Made by a program: the position numbers and the translations under genes. Shown here one piece after another: positions 24,062 to 35,774 of a stretch of 64,000 nucleotides of DNA; position 1 is the first letter of the stretch, and every line of letters starts with the position of its first letter. Source of the stretch: Laetmonice hystrix (Eukaryota). The stretch covers positions 20,150,001-20,214,000 of the forward strand of contig OZ249443.1 of assembly GCA_965235115.1 (NCBI GenBank), written 5' to 3'. A model generated the notes under the pieces. That model was given only the letters and a program-made list of their open reading frames with translations, searched no databases and was not told the origin of the DNA.

Positions 24062-25360
24062 CTATGCGGAATATTGGTGGTTGGGTGGGATTTGGGCTCG
24101 GTTTTTGTAGGACTTCTGGTGGTGGGGTCGGGGATGGTAATTCTGCTGAGGGTGGGATTGGAAATTCTGCTGAGGGTGGGGTTGGAAATTCTGCTGAGGG
24201 TGGGGTTGGAAATTCTGCTGAGGGTGGGGTTGGAAATTCTGCTGAGGGTGGGGTTGGTAATTATATTGTGGTTTGCCACGACACATAAAGTACCAATGGT
24301 TTTCCTTTCCACAAGATTGACAATTGTGACCCCTGGCTAAACAATCCTTACCTCGTCTGCACTCGATTTGTCCACAATTGGCGCATATGTCTGTCTGTTG
24401 ATGCTGTTGAGTATAGTTGTGTTGGTTGCGTCTGGGTTGTCTCTGTTGGCTTGGACCTTGGTGACGTGGTTGGCCCTGGTAGCTGTCTTCAGGTTGTGAC
24501 CATCGTCCCGTGGTGGGTGACGTCATCTGGGCTGTTGATGGGACGGCTGAGTTGACTTGAGCTGCCCTAGTCAAAGATGCCACCTCAGTTCTCAGCTGAT
24601 CAATTGATGTGAGGACTTCTTGGTTGAGCGTTGTGGTGGCTGAAGCAACTGGGATGGCTACTTGCAGTGCCGCGCAATCAATTACTTGTTTCGGCGTTCT
24701 GGGATTCGCTTGCCGAAAAAATGGCAAGAATTCCGGCCTGAGTCCAGATTCTATGATCTGGACAATGTTAGTATCATCCAGATCCAAACCTTTTGCAGCC
24801 AGCACTACTTCATTTACATAATCTGGCACTGATTGCCCTAATTTTTGTTGGCTGGTAGCCAGTTGTCTAAACTTTAGTCCTCTGTTGGGGCGTTTTGGAC
24901 CATTTATCCAATATGCTTCAAATGCTGCTGACAGACGTGTGAAGCTCTCCTGGTCGGCCTTCGGCAACGTCCGGTACCAGGTTTCCCCGTCACCGGTAAA
25001 CATAAAACGTACCGCTGCTGCTGCTTGTCTGTCATTTTTGTTATTCCATGTTGTCATGGCTGTGACGTCATCCAGCCAGTCTTGGGGGTTGATGACTCCA
25101 TCAAAGCTTTTAGGCATCATCGCCATCATCATGGTGTCGTCCCACTCAGTGTCGGCTTCTTCCTGTGCTATTTCGTCCTCTTCCTCGTGGACGACTGGTG
25201 CCGGGTCGGGCACAGGGTGGGGCGGTACTATTGTTCTTTTAGTACCCTCTATTTGGGGTATGCCGTTGGTTGCAGCCTGAGAGCGTGTTGCTGCTGCTGG
25301 TCCTAGTGGTAATTTGGCTGACACTGCCCTTTGTATGGGATTATTGCATGGGGCTGACAT
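24062..25360 (-). CDS. gag: gag (432 aa) with CCHC zinc knuckle
   Basis: FDG...QDWL..V..MT.W / A.TWY retrotransposon-gag motifs; CANCGQIEC...CQSCGKENHWYFMC knuckle; five PHPQQNFQ-type repeats encoded by a 24-bp tandem at ~24131-24258. Confidence 0.9.
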   Translation of the reverse strand: MSAPCNNPIQRAVSAKLPLGPAAATRSQAATNGIPQIEGTKRTIVPPHPVPDPAPVVHEEEDEIAQEEADTEWDDTMMMAMMPKSFDGVINPQDWLDDVTAMTTWNNKNDRQAAAAVRFMFTGDGETWYRTLPKADQESFTRLSAAFEAYWINGPKRPNRGLKFRQLATSQQKLGQSVPDYVNEVVLAAKGLDLDDTNIVQIIESGLRPEFLPFFRQANPRTPKQVIDCAALQVAIPVASATTTLNQEVLTSIDQLRTEVASLTRAAQVNSAVPSTAQMTSPTTGRWSQPEDSYQGQPRHQGPSQQRQPRRNQHNYTQQHQQTDICANCGQIECRRGKDCLARGHNCQSCGKENHWYFMCRGKPQYNYQPHPQQNFQPHPQQNFQPHPQQNFQPHPQQNFQSHPQQNYHPRPHHQKSYKNRAQIPPNHQYSA

Positions 25361-25498
25361 GCCACATTAAAATAACTGAATTTTGATGATTTCGGCACTC
25401 ACACTAACGGTGCACCAACAACTGTCCACAGATACAAAACTGCTCACCGAGAATCAGTTGCCACTGCTTTCCCAACCAGAGTTAGGCAAAACGAGACA

Positions 25499-25513
25499 CC
25501 GGATTCTCCACCA
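25499..25513 (-). other. Primer-binding site, tRNA-Ala
   Basis: Minus strand TGGTGGAGAATCCGG, 2 nt from the 5' LTR. It is complementary to a tRNA 3' end ...ATTCTCC-A-CCA with U70, the G3:U70 alanine identity element. Confidence 0.8.
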
Positions 25514-25515
25514 AT

Positions 25516-26563
25516 TAACGTACGGTGGCAGTAAAGACACGACTACGTTTTGTGGGGAGCAATAACTGTAGATTCTTTACTTTGCATCTGTACACAGTGC
25601 CAGTACAACCCGGAGGATAAGGCACACGAACACAACCAAAATATACAGTATTGGCTATAACTGATGTATGCTTGATGATGTGTGGTTCACGTCTGGTTTG
25701 CAGGACTTGACCACACGTACGTTCCTCAATGGTAGAGCAGAATGAATGAAGTCTTTGAGATACACTGCCCACTGTTACTGAATACTGAATGTTCACGCAC
25801 TAACTCACCAGGCAGAGTTTTTGGGATGTGGTGAAGCTGAGTGATGTCTTTGGCGTCGGACAAGCGTAATGGCGTTGTCGAGCAGGTAGAGTTCCTTAGG
25901 ATGTGTGAAGTTGTTTCCAGCAGGCAAAGATGTGTGTCTTACCAAATTGTAGGATGAGTATATATAGGGAGGACCAATGTCAAACTGACCAATGATATAT
26001 AACATAAAAATGCTGGTCATCTATTGGCTACACCATCACAGGGCAGGCCTGTTTGAGGATTGTCCATTTGTTGTTAAAGCCAAGTGAGTTGGCACTGGCA
26101 GACAGTCTAATGAGCAGTGATTACTGAGGCCGACATCCTGGCACTAGTGAGCTGCTTCACAGAGGTGGGAAACAATAGGTGAGAAAACACCTGTATTACG
26201 GGTTCCCTGTGATGAGCGACTCTGCCCCTATGACTGTACTGCCTTCATTAATAAAACAACCTCCCAAACGAAAGCTGGGGAAAACCATCAATGGAGAACA
26301 TATGTCACCCAAGAGATTACATTGTTTGTAAACCTAAGATGCTGGTAGCAGACAATGAATACAAACTGAACATCTGAGAACGGTGGTTAAATCCTTAATG
26401 CACCACGACATGGTTGGTAAATGTCTATAATGAACATCTAATCTTTCTGGGTGTAAATCAAACGTATACAATTTACAACTAAACACAAGAATTGTCTCTG
26501 ACATAAGTTGTCTGTTCATTATTTTGAGCAAGAGTGGCCCATAGTGAAACTAGGGGTACGATA
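25516..26563 (-). repeat. 5' LTR (1048 bp)
   Basis: Direct repeat of 16977-18024, followed by the GCGT TSD. Confidence 0.95.
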
Positions 26564-28618
26564 GCGTTATCAAAGGCCCTGTCTGTACTTTTTCTTTCAA
26601 TAAGGATAAAGGATTGTTCAAAGTGATAAGTTTCTTTCTCTCATCCTCACTAATACCTTCTTGGACTCGGTTCCCCCTGGAAAGATTACGTTATTACATT
26701 GTATTCTCGCCTGGCTGGCTGAAATACTGCTGACAATGACATGACATAAACCTCCTAATTCTCTCCGCTAGCGGGTGAACTCCCCCCCCTCCCCCTCCCT
26801 TCCACCCCCCCCCCCCCACCCCACCACCCACCCCTACTGACAGAGCCAGCAGACAGACTAGCTAACAACATCATTACCTGGACAACTCCCAGTCCACAAT
26901 TAGCTTCGTTTGATGCCAGACTCCAGGCAGAGGATTTGATCTTTGCCACCAGTCTGTGAACACTTGTAAATTATACGCCGCCGTGTGCGCCGACTGGGGT
27001 AAAGGGAGCGACTAGGGCGTGAACAAGCTGCCCAAGTAGGAAGGGTTCTTACCCCTATTCCTGACGGATATCAGTGACAGGTTCTACCAAATCTGAAGAA
27101 CATAAGTAGGTAACAGACAACACTGTCCGTCACAAATGTTCCATGTCGCCTTCAATTGGGACTCAAGGACACCGGAACATGGGCTACCATGTTCTTTAAC
27201 CCTCCCAGAGAACATCACGGCTTGTCACACAGCAAGGTCCTTCGGATGGCACTTGAGGAAAATGATTCTTTGACCTTTCAAAAAAAGTTCCTGTTGCACT
27301 CAGGCTTCGCTTGGCTCTGCTGAGATCAACAAATGGATCTGGCACGGCCGGGCACATTAAATTAACAGATAGAAAAAAAATAATACTTTTAACAAGAGGA
27401 TAGGAACATTCTGTCTTCCGTACGATTTTTCCCGAAGTAATTGCCACGGAACATTTGCAGGCTTTGGTGTATTACATGTTGTAAAAACATTACACTGGTG
27501 CTACAAAATCCGAAATATGACACTGACACTTGTGTACATCCTGATCGACCCTGACATTTTGTCACCACGCAATCCAAGTAAGCCAGGACAGGTTGCCGTC
27601 GCAGAGACGGACTGGATCAGTAGCAAGCAAACATTCCACTACTTGGAAAAATATCTACAGGCAAAAATCTAAAACCTTCAAAAACATTTCTACTTTCTGC
27701 TTATTTTTTTATTTGGGGTGGGGGTGGAGACTGATGTGTTTGTAACTTTCCTGCTCAACAACCCTGGTGTACCACCATCCAGCACATCAAATAATAACAG
27801 TGATGTTGGAAGCATTTTTTTATTTTTTATTTATTATTATTATTATTTATTTGGGGGGGGGGGGCAACTAGGCCATGTTCCAAGAGCATTTTAGATTGGG
27901 GGGGGGGGTGGGGGCAGACTATGTTTTGCCCCAGTTTCTTTGCCTTTGGTGGTGGGGCCATGGCCCATGGACCCCCCCCCCCCCCCCCTTTCCGACATCA
28001 CTGAATAATTGAACAATTGTTACGCTCTTTGGTGCAGCCCCCCAGCCTTAAGAACATGACGTCATCACTAATGATGAGACGGGTCCTTCTTTAAGCACTA
28101 CTCCCTGATCCAAACATGTTGCACCTAACAAACAATGTATCCTAACTCAGTGGAATCTTACCAGACACTGCTGCCCTCTCGTGGCAACATTTGATGTAGC
28201 AAATCGATAAGATTCCCCTGGTGGTAAATCATCGAACCACTACTACAGAGACTATTGTGAAGCACTCTCAAAATAACAGCTTGGGATTTCGAAACAAAAC
28301 ACAATAATATCTCTCATAGCTGCTAAAATGAACAACGGCTATAACAACGGCTAATATAAAAATAAAGTTACATTCAGGAATAGCATCTACTGTGCTGCCC
28401 CCTGTCGGTGGCTGTGGTGACGTGTTGTCCAAAGGTTGAGGAAGTAATTAAAATAACATTAATTCCCGAGAGGTAACCTTGGTTGACTGGGCCTCATATA
28501 GACAATATCACAGTCCCTCAGGGCGGCACAGTATTAGGATTTCTGAGGGTTGAACAAGTCTGACAGGATCACAGAGTAATGCCCCGAGCAGTGCAATACC
28601 AAAAAGACTTGTGCCTAC

Positions 28619-31600
28619 CTGCAAAGTTGTTCTGCATTGTTCAAGTTCAAGTACTTCTTTATCGTCAAAACAACAAGTGGGCCTGAAAAAAACGTATTTC
28701 CACGGATATTTAAATATTTTCCATTTAATTGACTACAAAATTATGTAAAATAGTCACATATCTTCCAAGGACCAAGGACCGAGCAAGGACCACTTAAAAA
28801 TGTTTGGTTGCCACAAGGTCAGCAAAACTATTACTTTTCAAATACCCAAGATTATAGCCGACCAGTATATTAGCTGTGAATACTTACGCCAGCTTTGAGG
28901 CATTCTGTTAATAGCTAGTGGTTCAAGGTGATCAAATGTTGCATCTAGAATCTAAAAATAACAAAAAAACAATAAAAGTTATGAGTTTGAAGAAAAGCTC
29001 CATTCAGAAACATTAAAAAATGTTAAAAGTTCTAAAAGACCAACTCGGGGCAAAGCCAGCTTACCATTACGAGTGTAATCCACACAGAACGCAAAATAAC
29101 TTGTCGCCATCGGTGTTCTAACTCTTCAACAAAACGTTTGGCTAACAACAGTTGTTGACCTAACTCTGGTCTGGATGTGCATGACGAGTAAGGTAACCTA
29201 CCACAGAGCGGACGTCAGGGTAGTTCATGGCAGCCCATGTGGCTGGGTAACCTCCTATAGACCAGGCGAAGAGGATAATATCTTCAGGTTTGAAACCAAG
29301 ACGGTGGATGGCGTACTGCATCACCACATCGATGGCACACTGCTCCTGGTCGGGGAATGGCACGCCCTGAGTGTGGGGACAAACAACAGGTCATTGGAAC
29401 GGGTATTCAGGCTTGCTCTGGTACAGAGAAAAAAAATTGTGTGATCTTGTACCGCTTACTTTTGCCTTAGTGACGTCATTAACTCATTATTATGACTTAG
29501 TGACTTACGCTTATTTCAGAGAAAAAATGGCATCTCTTAATTATGAGATCAACACACACAAAATTTCTGAAACGACTTTTTTTTTTTCATGTCCCCAACA
29601 GGGAAGAGTAGTATAGATCTAGAAATTATATATAAAAAAAAATATACGCCCCAAAAAAAGACATGCAAAGTTTTTACAAATATTGTCTGAAATACTGCTG
29701 AAACCCTCCCTGACAGGAATGTGATACAGACCGTGCTACCTCCAAATCCTGGGTGGTTCCAGCCAAGCACCGAGTACTGCGCCTCAAGTGGTGTCACCAT
29801 CCACCCAATCTCATAGAACCCTGCATTCCCCTCACTACAGATCACCTAGAGACAAAAATACATCAATGAATAAATTATTAAACACAAAGTGTTGGCATGG
29901 TTACTGCAAAGAGAGGTCAGTACTTCAAATTTGGGAATTAAAAATTACGGTTTTGCTTTTTACTGATTTTAAATTAAAGAGATCCAATCTGAGATGAATT
30001 TGCAAACGTGCAAAAAGAACGATATAGTTGGAATTTTTCTAACATAACATGGATCCCTTTTAAAGAAATATGATTCTGTTTGCCTAACTTACCGGTAGTC
30101 TTACAAGCATTTATTGGAACAAATATTTACCACAACATTCATTGTCCTAATGGCTACATTTTTTGAGATGTCAATATTTTCTACGTTTGTTAATGAATGT
30201 TAGCCAATTTTTTTTTTTTAGCCAAGTAACATCAAGACAAGTACAATAAACATACCAACTTGTTCCCATTAGAAAAATTGGGATCATTTCTTCTATCAAC
30301 GAACATCGATTCTATTTCATTCCCATCTTCTGCAAGTAGCTTACTCCTCTGACCATTTTTCTAGAAACATAAAAGAAAAGTAAGACCAAAGCCTTAGATC
30401 CTCACGGGAAATCTCTTAGAAAAACAACCTGAAGAATGAATGTCATTAATCATCAAATATTTCAACTCCGAGGTTCACTCATTCTGGTAATGGTAACATT
30501 CTATTATTTTTTTTTTTAGATTCTAGATGCAACATTTGATCACCTTGAACCACTAGCTATTAACAGAATGCCTCAAAGCTGGCGTAAGTATTCACAGCTA
30601 ATATACTGGTCGGCTATAATCTTGGGTATTTGAAAAGTAAAAAAAAAAAAAATAAATAACATTCTATTATTCTAAGGGTTAGAAACTGCTATTATTCTAA
30701 TTTGAAGAATCATTTCACTCAAACTTACCTCTTCAACTAGTTTAGCACGTCCCTGTACCAAGACTGGAGCTGAGGGGTATCAACAGGAATTATTTACATA
30801 CCCCTCCGTTATTATGTGTTGTTTTTTTTATATATGCAATCACATTCTAGAGATATCTGATTTAATGAATGTGCAAAAACCATGTTTTCATCTAAAAGTA
30901 AAATGATCTGTATGACTCAAACATTACAGGATTGGACAAATTTTTGTATGAGTCACTGGTCCAGGACCAGTAACTCAGAATATTTACTGGTCCTGCTCTT
31001 GTTTGGTAGGAAGGTTGGTAGGAAACTCCACAATTGAGTGTTTATGGAAGTGTTAATTATCTGTCATTGCCATTACAGGCCACAGACCTGTAGCATCGTT
31101 GGAGGTTGGAGGATTGTGACCTGCTACATGCCTGGCACAATTAGGCTAATTTCTGGTTTCTTATAATTATGTGCTCATTAACTCACAGAGTAGGACTTGC
31201 ATAGATGTGGCTCCGGGGTAGACCATACGACGACCGAACGTATGGACTGCTATGTAGCTGCAATTAATTACAAATAATGGAAATACAGCCACGTGTCGTT
31301 AAAATTAATGCACTTCTTTAATCCACATACTTAACAATCCAAACACACTTTCTGGTAGCCTCTTCTACCATTTTCTATTTAAAATCCATACGTTTCAAAA
31401 TCCGAACACATTTTAGCAGGCACCAAGCTGTTCCGATAAATGAGGTCGGACTGTATAATGAATAAAGATACCAGAGAACATCTACTGCTAACTCAGAGAA
31501 AAATAGTCTTCAAGCAGAATATAACTGGTGTTGAATGTAGAAAAAAGTAAAGGATTTCTACCTTAGAATATGGCAAGGAAGAGTGCGGATTTTATCAACG

Positions 31601-34600
31601 ATACCACGCGACTTTCTTGTCCATGGTACACTTTTCTTAACCTTTTTCCCCCTGCAGCAAAAAAATCATATTCATAATCTCAGTAAAATCACAATGGTTG
31701 CTTATAAGTACCCGAAATTCCAGTTAAGATTGAAAAAATTCTACCCAACACTAGATTCTACTGGCCTATTCTTGCTGTAACGTAATGCCAACCTTGCAAT
31801 ATAGCTAATGAAAAATCTATCTTACTTTTCACAGACTTAATATTAACTATTTGTCTTTCTGTTAAAAAAAAGAACTTTTAGATATCGAGTTCATGAAAAA
31901 CATTCATGCTAAGGTTTTGTTTTAAACCGGCCTTATTGACACCTTGATACTAATTTATCAAAAACCTTATTTACTTACCTAACAAATACTTCAGTCCATC
32001 GGAAGTCTATTGGCCATGGACCAAACTCACTGTCATATCCAGCAAGCTTTCGCTACAATTACAAGTGATTGTAACATTTTGATTACCCAAACCAGGGGTG
32101 CGTTGCATAAAAAACCCTGCCCGTTAAATCCGCCGCTAACGGTCAGTTAACGGGACGTTGCGTTGCATAATAAATTCCCACCCGCTAATGTTCCCGGTAA
32201 CTGTTGTATTTTAACGGGTACCTAAAAGGTCCCCGCTATTTTAACGGGACATTTTAACGGAGCGGGCGGGGATGTTTTTATGCAACGGGCCCCAGTGTAT
32301 ATAAAAATTCTATTATAAGTATAAGTAAAGGCCCAGATACACAGACAGACCGATTTTGAGATACGGCCAAATCTCAAAATTGGCGTAAATTTGTCTGTGT
32401 ATCTGGGCCTTTAGAGGCAGTCAAAGTTGAGAACTCAGCACACATTATACTATTTATCGCATTTTCAATCAGTATTCTTTTTAATGTTCTTCTTTCTCAG
32501 CATCCATGAAAATATTTACAGCAGAGAAAAGTTTCTGTGCCCCTAAAAGTTTCTATTGATGAATACGTACCCTGGTGTCTGCAGTGTAATTGTTCGTGGC
32601 TTCACTCAACACTGACGTAAACAATACATAATCTGGATTCATCCATCGACCAACGCCTGTCAAATACATCAATAAATCAACCTCTATGACAACTTGTATA
32701 GAAAAGTCCATCTTGGGTTCGAGTTGATGGTAACGGTTAGGCTTTGCAAGGAAGCATGTTGCATTTGTTTCGCAAACCTGATGTATTACTGAATCTTTTA
32801 CATAAATAAATGACGATATTTAGTTAAAGACTCTACCTACCTCGTAGGACTATGGCGGTGTAGTAAAATGCCATTATGCTACCAACAAACTTTGACATCC
32901 ATATAGCACCCTCAATAGTGAAAAAATCTACAAAACGACAATGGTATAATAATCGTTTAAATAGAAAAAATCGTTTAAATAGAAAATCTACAAAATGACA
33001 ATGGTATAATAATCATTTAAATAGAAAAAAATGACATAAAAAGACAGAAACATAAATTATTCAAGAAATGCAAGGCAGGGTTTGGAGGCACGAGGTGGAC
33101 ATACTTTTCCTGTAGAGGTAAGTCAGTAGAACCGGAGAGGTCCAGTAAGAGAAGGCTTTGAAGAAACGGATCTGAAAGACAGAAAAATCTTCATGAAGAT
33201 AATCTTATAATTACGGTAATCAGATCGTGTCTTCAAATTCTTGGTACATTGATAACTTCAGAGCAATCTTAACTCCACAAAAGGCAAGCAATATAATAGT
33301 ATCTTTGCATTAATCTGCATTGGAAACAGCAAAGTACAAAATGCATGGAAGCTGTGGAAAATTAATAGGCCTATCAATAAACTAAATGTTCCTTCAAAAC
33401 TTACCCATTTGACAACACTATCTGCTGTGCTCTCTAACCCATTAGGAATGTAGTTTGTGCGCTGGAAAAGAAAAAGATGTTGCTGGAAGTTCAAATTTTT
33501 CAACATCAAACATGCTGCTTGTCATCCTTAGAGTTAGAAAAGGAAATATATAGTTTCAACTTAAACTGCTGAACAAAGTCTTATCTAACAAAAAATTAAT
33601 GTTCTTCAAAATCTTTCATGTGATACCAGTAATGAACATCAGCTGTTGTCAAATTTGCACAAGGTGTACTTTAAATTTCTAACATAATTTTTGTTATTCA
33701 GATAACAAAAAAAAAAACATTTAAAAAAAGACAGGTAATACCAAACCCTTTTAACACCTTAGCAGTTAAGGAAGCTGGATCAAGGATGACATACGATATT
33801 TTATTTGAAGCCTTTTATTTCGTCAAAGATGGGTGGGTGCATGGGTGCATCCCTTAGCTAGGCCCCAGACCCCTACCCCGAGTTCCCACATCCTATGTAT
33901 ATACAGTACATGATGAAAGCTGAAGGGTAGAGGCAATATGAGCTAGGCACTACTTCAGTCATGGATTTAGTCGGGCACAGGGGACATGCCCCCCCCTGGC
34001 AATTTTTTTTTCAAAAGCAGGGTCCCTCCATCATCCATACTGAACATGAACAGAAGTAGGATAAGTATCGCGTTCTGCTCATCCATCCCCCCCCTCAAAA
34101 AAAATCCTGGATCCGCCACTGTACCACATCTTAGACACTACTGCCGGTAGCCTACAATATCGGCCTCTACTCAGACTTGTCTGTTATTTTTAATATTAGT
34201 GCCTTCAGTGTGGTAGACATGCAGTTGGTCCCTCCTCCATGGAGCTCATTACTTGGGGTAGTGCCAGTTACCAGTCAGCAAAATTCGCTGACAACCAATG
34301 ATTGATGAGAATACCAGTTACTGTGAGCAGCAGCAACTGTGAGCGGCAGTTGTGAGCGGCGGTCACAGTCACATATGAGCGCATGGATAGCATGCTAGAT
34401 GTTTCACATATAATCTAATTGGTAACACAACATGTCCGTCAGTCGCAATGTCCGCAAGGATCGTGTATACCATTACCTGCTATAGTAATAGTATTAAACG
34501 ATCCGGGATGAACGCCCGGTCATGTCCGCCCCTCGCCGCTCTGCTCGAAGCGCCCGGCAAGGGACATGCTGCGTTACGGTGTGGCTCATCACATGTCCGC

Positions 34601-35078
34601 TCAAGCCGCTCACAGTAGGCCTAACTGCCGCTCACAGTGACTGCCGCTCACAGTGGCTGACGCTCACAGTGACTGGATACCATTGATGAGGGCGAGGCGG
34701 ATGACCCATTGCATTTGGCCATTGGCATTGCCATTGGCATTGGTGCATTACAAACTTGTGTTACAATTGGTCGACTAATCCCAAACAAAGAGCCGGCAGC
34801 ATGGTCAGCTCAGCCACCGTAATCACTAGCTGGCCATGTGTCCGACTCTAAACCCGGGCCGGGAGCTCACCGGTACCCCCACCCCACAACCACGCGTGTT
34901 CAAACAGTAGCTAGGTTATCAACACAACAACAGTAACGTTAGCCGAATTATAGTCTACTCCCGGCCCTAGTCAAAGTCAGCTCAGGTCGGCCAACAGCGG
35001 GAACAATACCTCCAAAGTTTCTGTCCGATGAATTCTGTACAGACGAGGCCCACACACACATCTCACAATCTCTGACAT
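28619..35078 (-). CDS. ABHD16A: ABHD16A (BAT5) phosphatidylserine lipase orthologue; 14 coding exons, ~384 codons, 3' exons not found
   Basis: GT-AG exons with consistent phases: 35078-35010, 33461-33405, 33171-33105, 32927-32841, 32656-32571, 32052-31979, 31651-31562, 31257-31187, 30769-30729, 30360-30256, 29845-29732, 29366-29202, 28951-28888, 28682-28619. Peptides MSEIVRCVCGPRLYRIHR, HTFGRRMVYPG, DGNEIESMFVDRR, VICSEGNAGFYEIG, WNHPGFGGST, FAWSIGG (nucleophile), ILDATFD and YLNLNNAEQLC match the ABHD16A family as I know it. Confidence 0.93.
30494..30671 (+). other. Inverted copy of ABHD16A exon 13 plus flanking intron, between 15-bp direct repeats
   Basis: About 30512-30640 is the exact reverse complement of ~28831-28958; TAACATTCTATTATT at 30494-30508 and 30657-30671; T-run on the left and A-run on the right. 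Confidence 0.92.
32093..32295. mobile_element. MITE with GGGCCC-type ends in an ABHD16A intron
   Basis: CAGGGGTGCGTTGCATAAAAA ... TTTTTATGCAACGGGCCCCAG; internal TTAACGG repeats. Confidence 0.65.
32328..32411. mobile_element. Tiny palindromic MITE (~84 bp)
   Basis: AAGGCCCAGATACACAGACA ... TGTCTGTGTATCTGGGCCTT with TA on both flanks. Confidence 0.6.
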
Positions 35079-35285
35079 CTTTCCTCCACTGTCAGAAGTG
35101 TCAACAAAAGTTCTCTATCAGTCCCTGTGGTTTGTTTCACTTCAGAGTTGCAAAACATCGGATCCACATGAATGGAGTGTCTCGGCCTTATGTCGTCCCC
35201 ATGATATTTCTACGGTCGGTGTCGCTTTGCCGCTAGACGGCGCCATTGTACGGTTAGTGTCCCCTGCCCTGGGCAGCGTTGGCAC

Positions 35286-35415
35286 NNNNNNNNNNNNNNN
35301 NNNNNNNNNNNNNNNNNNNNNNNNNNNNNNNNNNNNNNNNNNNNNNNNNNNNNNNNNNNNNNNNNNNNNNNNNNNNNNNNNNNNNNNNNNNNNNNNNNNN
35401 NNNNNNNNNNNNNNN
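35286..35415. other. Assembly gap (N)
   Basis: Run of N. Confidence 1.
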
Positions 35416-35774
35416 GACGCATCTGTAGGCTATGTCAAAATTAAAAGTAGACCTGGGTCTAAGTAGCCTAGGTCTAGGCCTATATCTGGACTGTCAAGGA
35501 GGGGGGGGGGAGACACTTTTTCGAGATTAGGCTAATGGGGGTCAACTGCATGCCCCCTTGCCTTCCCCTGCTTATAGCTAGGCTATGTAGGCCTAGGCCT
35601 ATTATGTACCGGTAGTAGGGGGGCCTACCGCTATAATAGCTAGACCTATTGCTAGTGCCAGATCCAGGATTTTTTTTGGGGGGGGGGGGGGGGCGGGGGG
35701 GCTGCAGTCGTCTAGTCCGAAAATATTATATTATTAGGCCTATTTTATGAAATATATAAGCTGGCTACTTAACT

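Larger units (their letters stand above)
16977..26563 (-). mobile_element. Env-bearing Ty3/gypsy LTR retroelement (errantivirus-like), 9587 bp, internally inverted and integrase-deleted
   Basis: Direct LTRs offset by exactly 8539 bp; GCGT TSD at 16973-16976 and 26564-26567; PBS, PPT, gag, PR-RT-RH and F-type env fragments inside. Confidence 0.95.

Noticed and set aside
27389-27460. FRGNYFGKNRTEDRM as a diverged ABHD16A exon (spacing like YQGPVLLIRRTKDEI), and similar hints near 27030-27090 and 26600-26680
   Set aside because: No AG acceptor or polypyrimidine tract at the required phase for the first; the others need frameshifts or match weakly. Could be chance.
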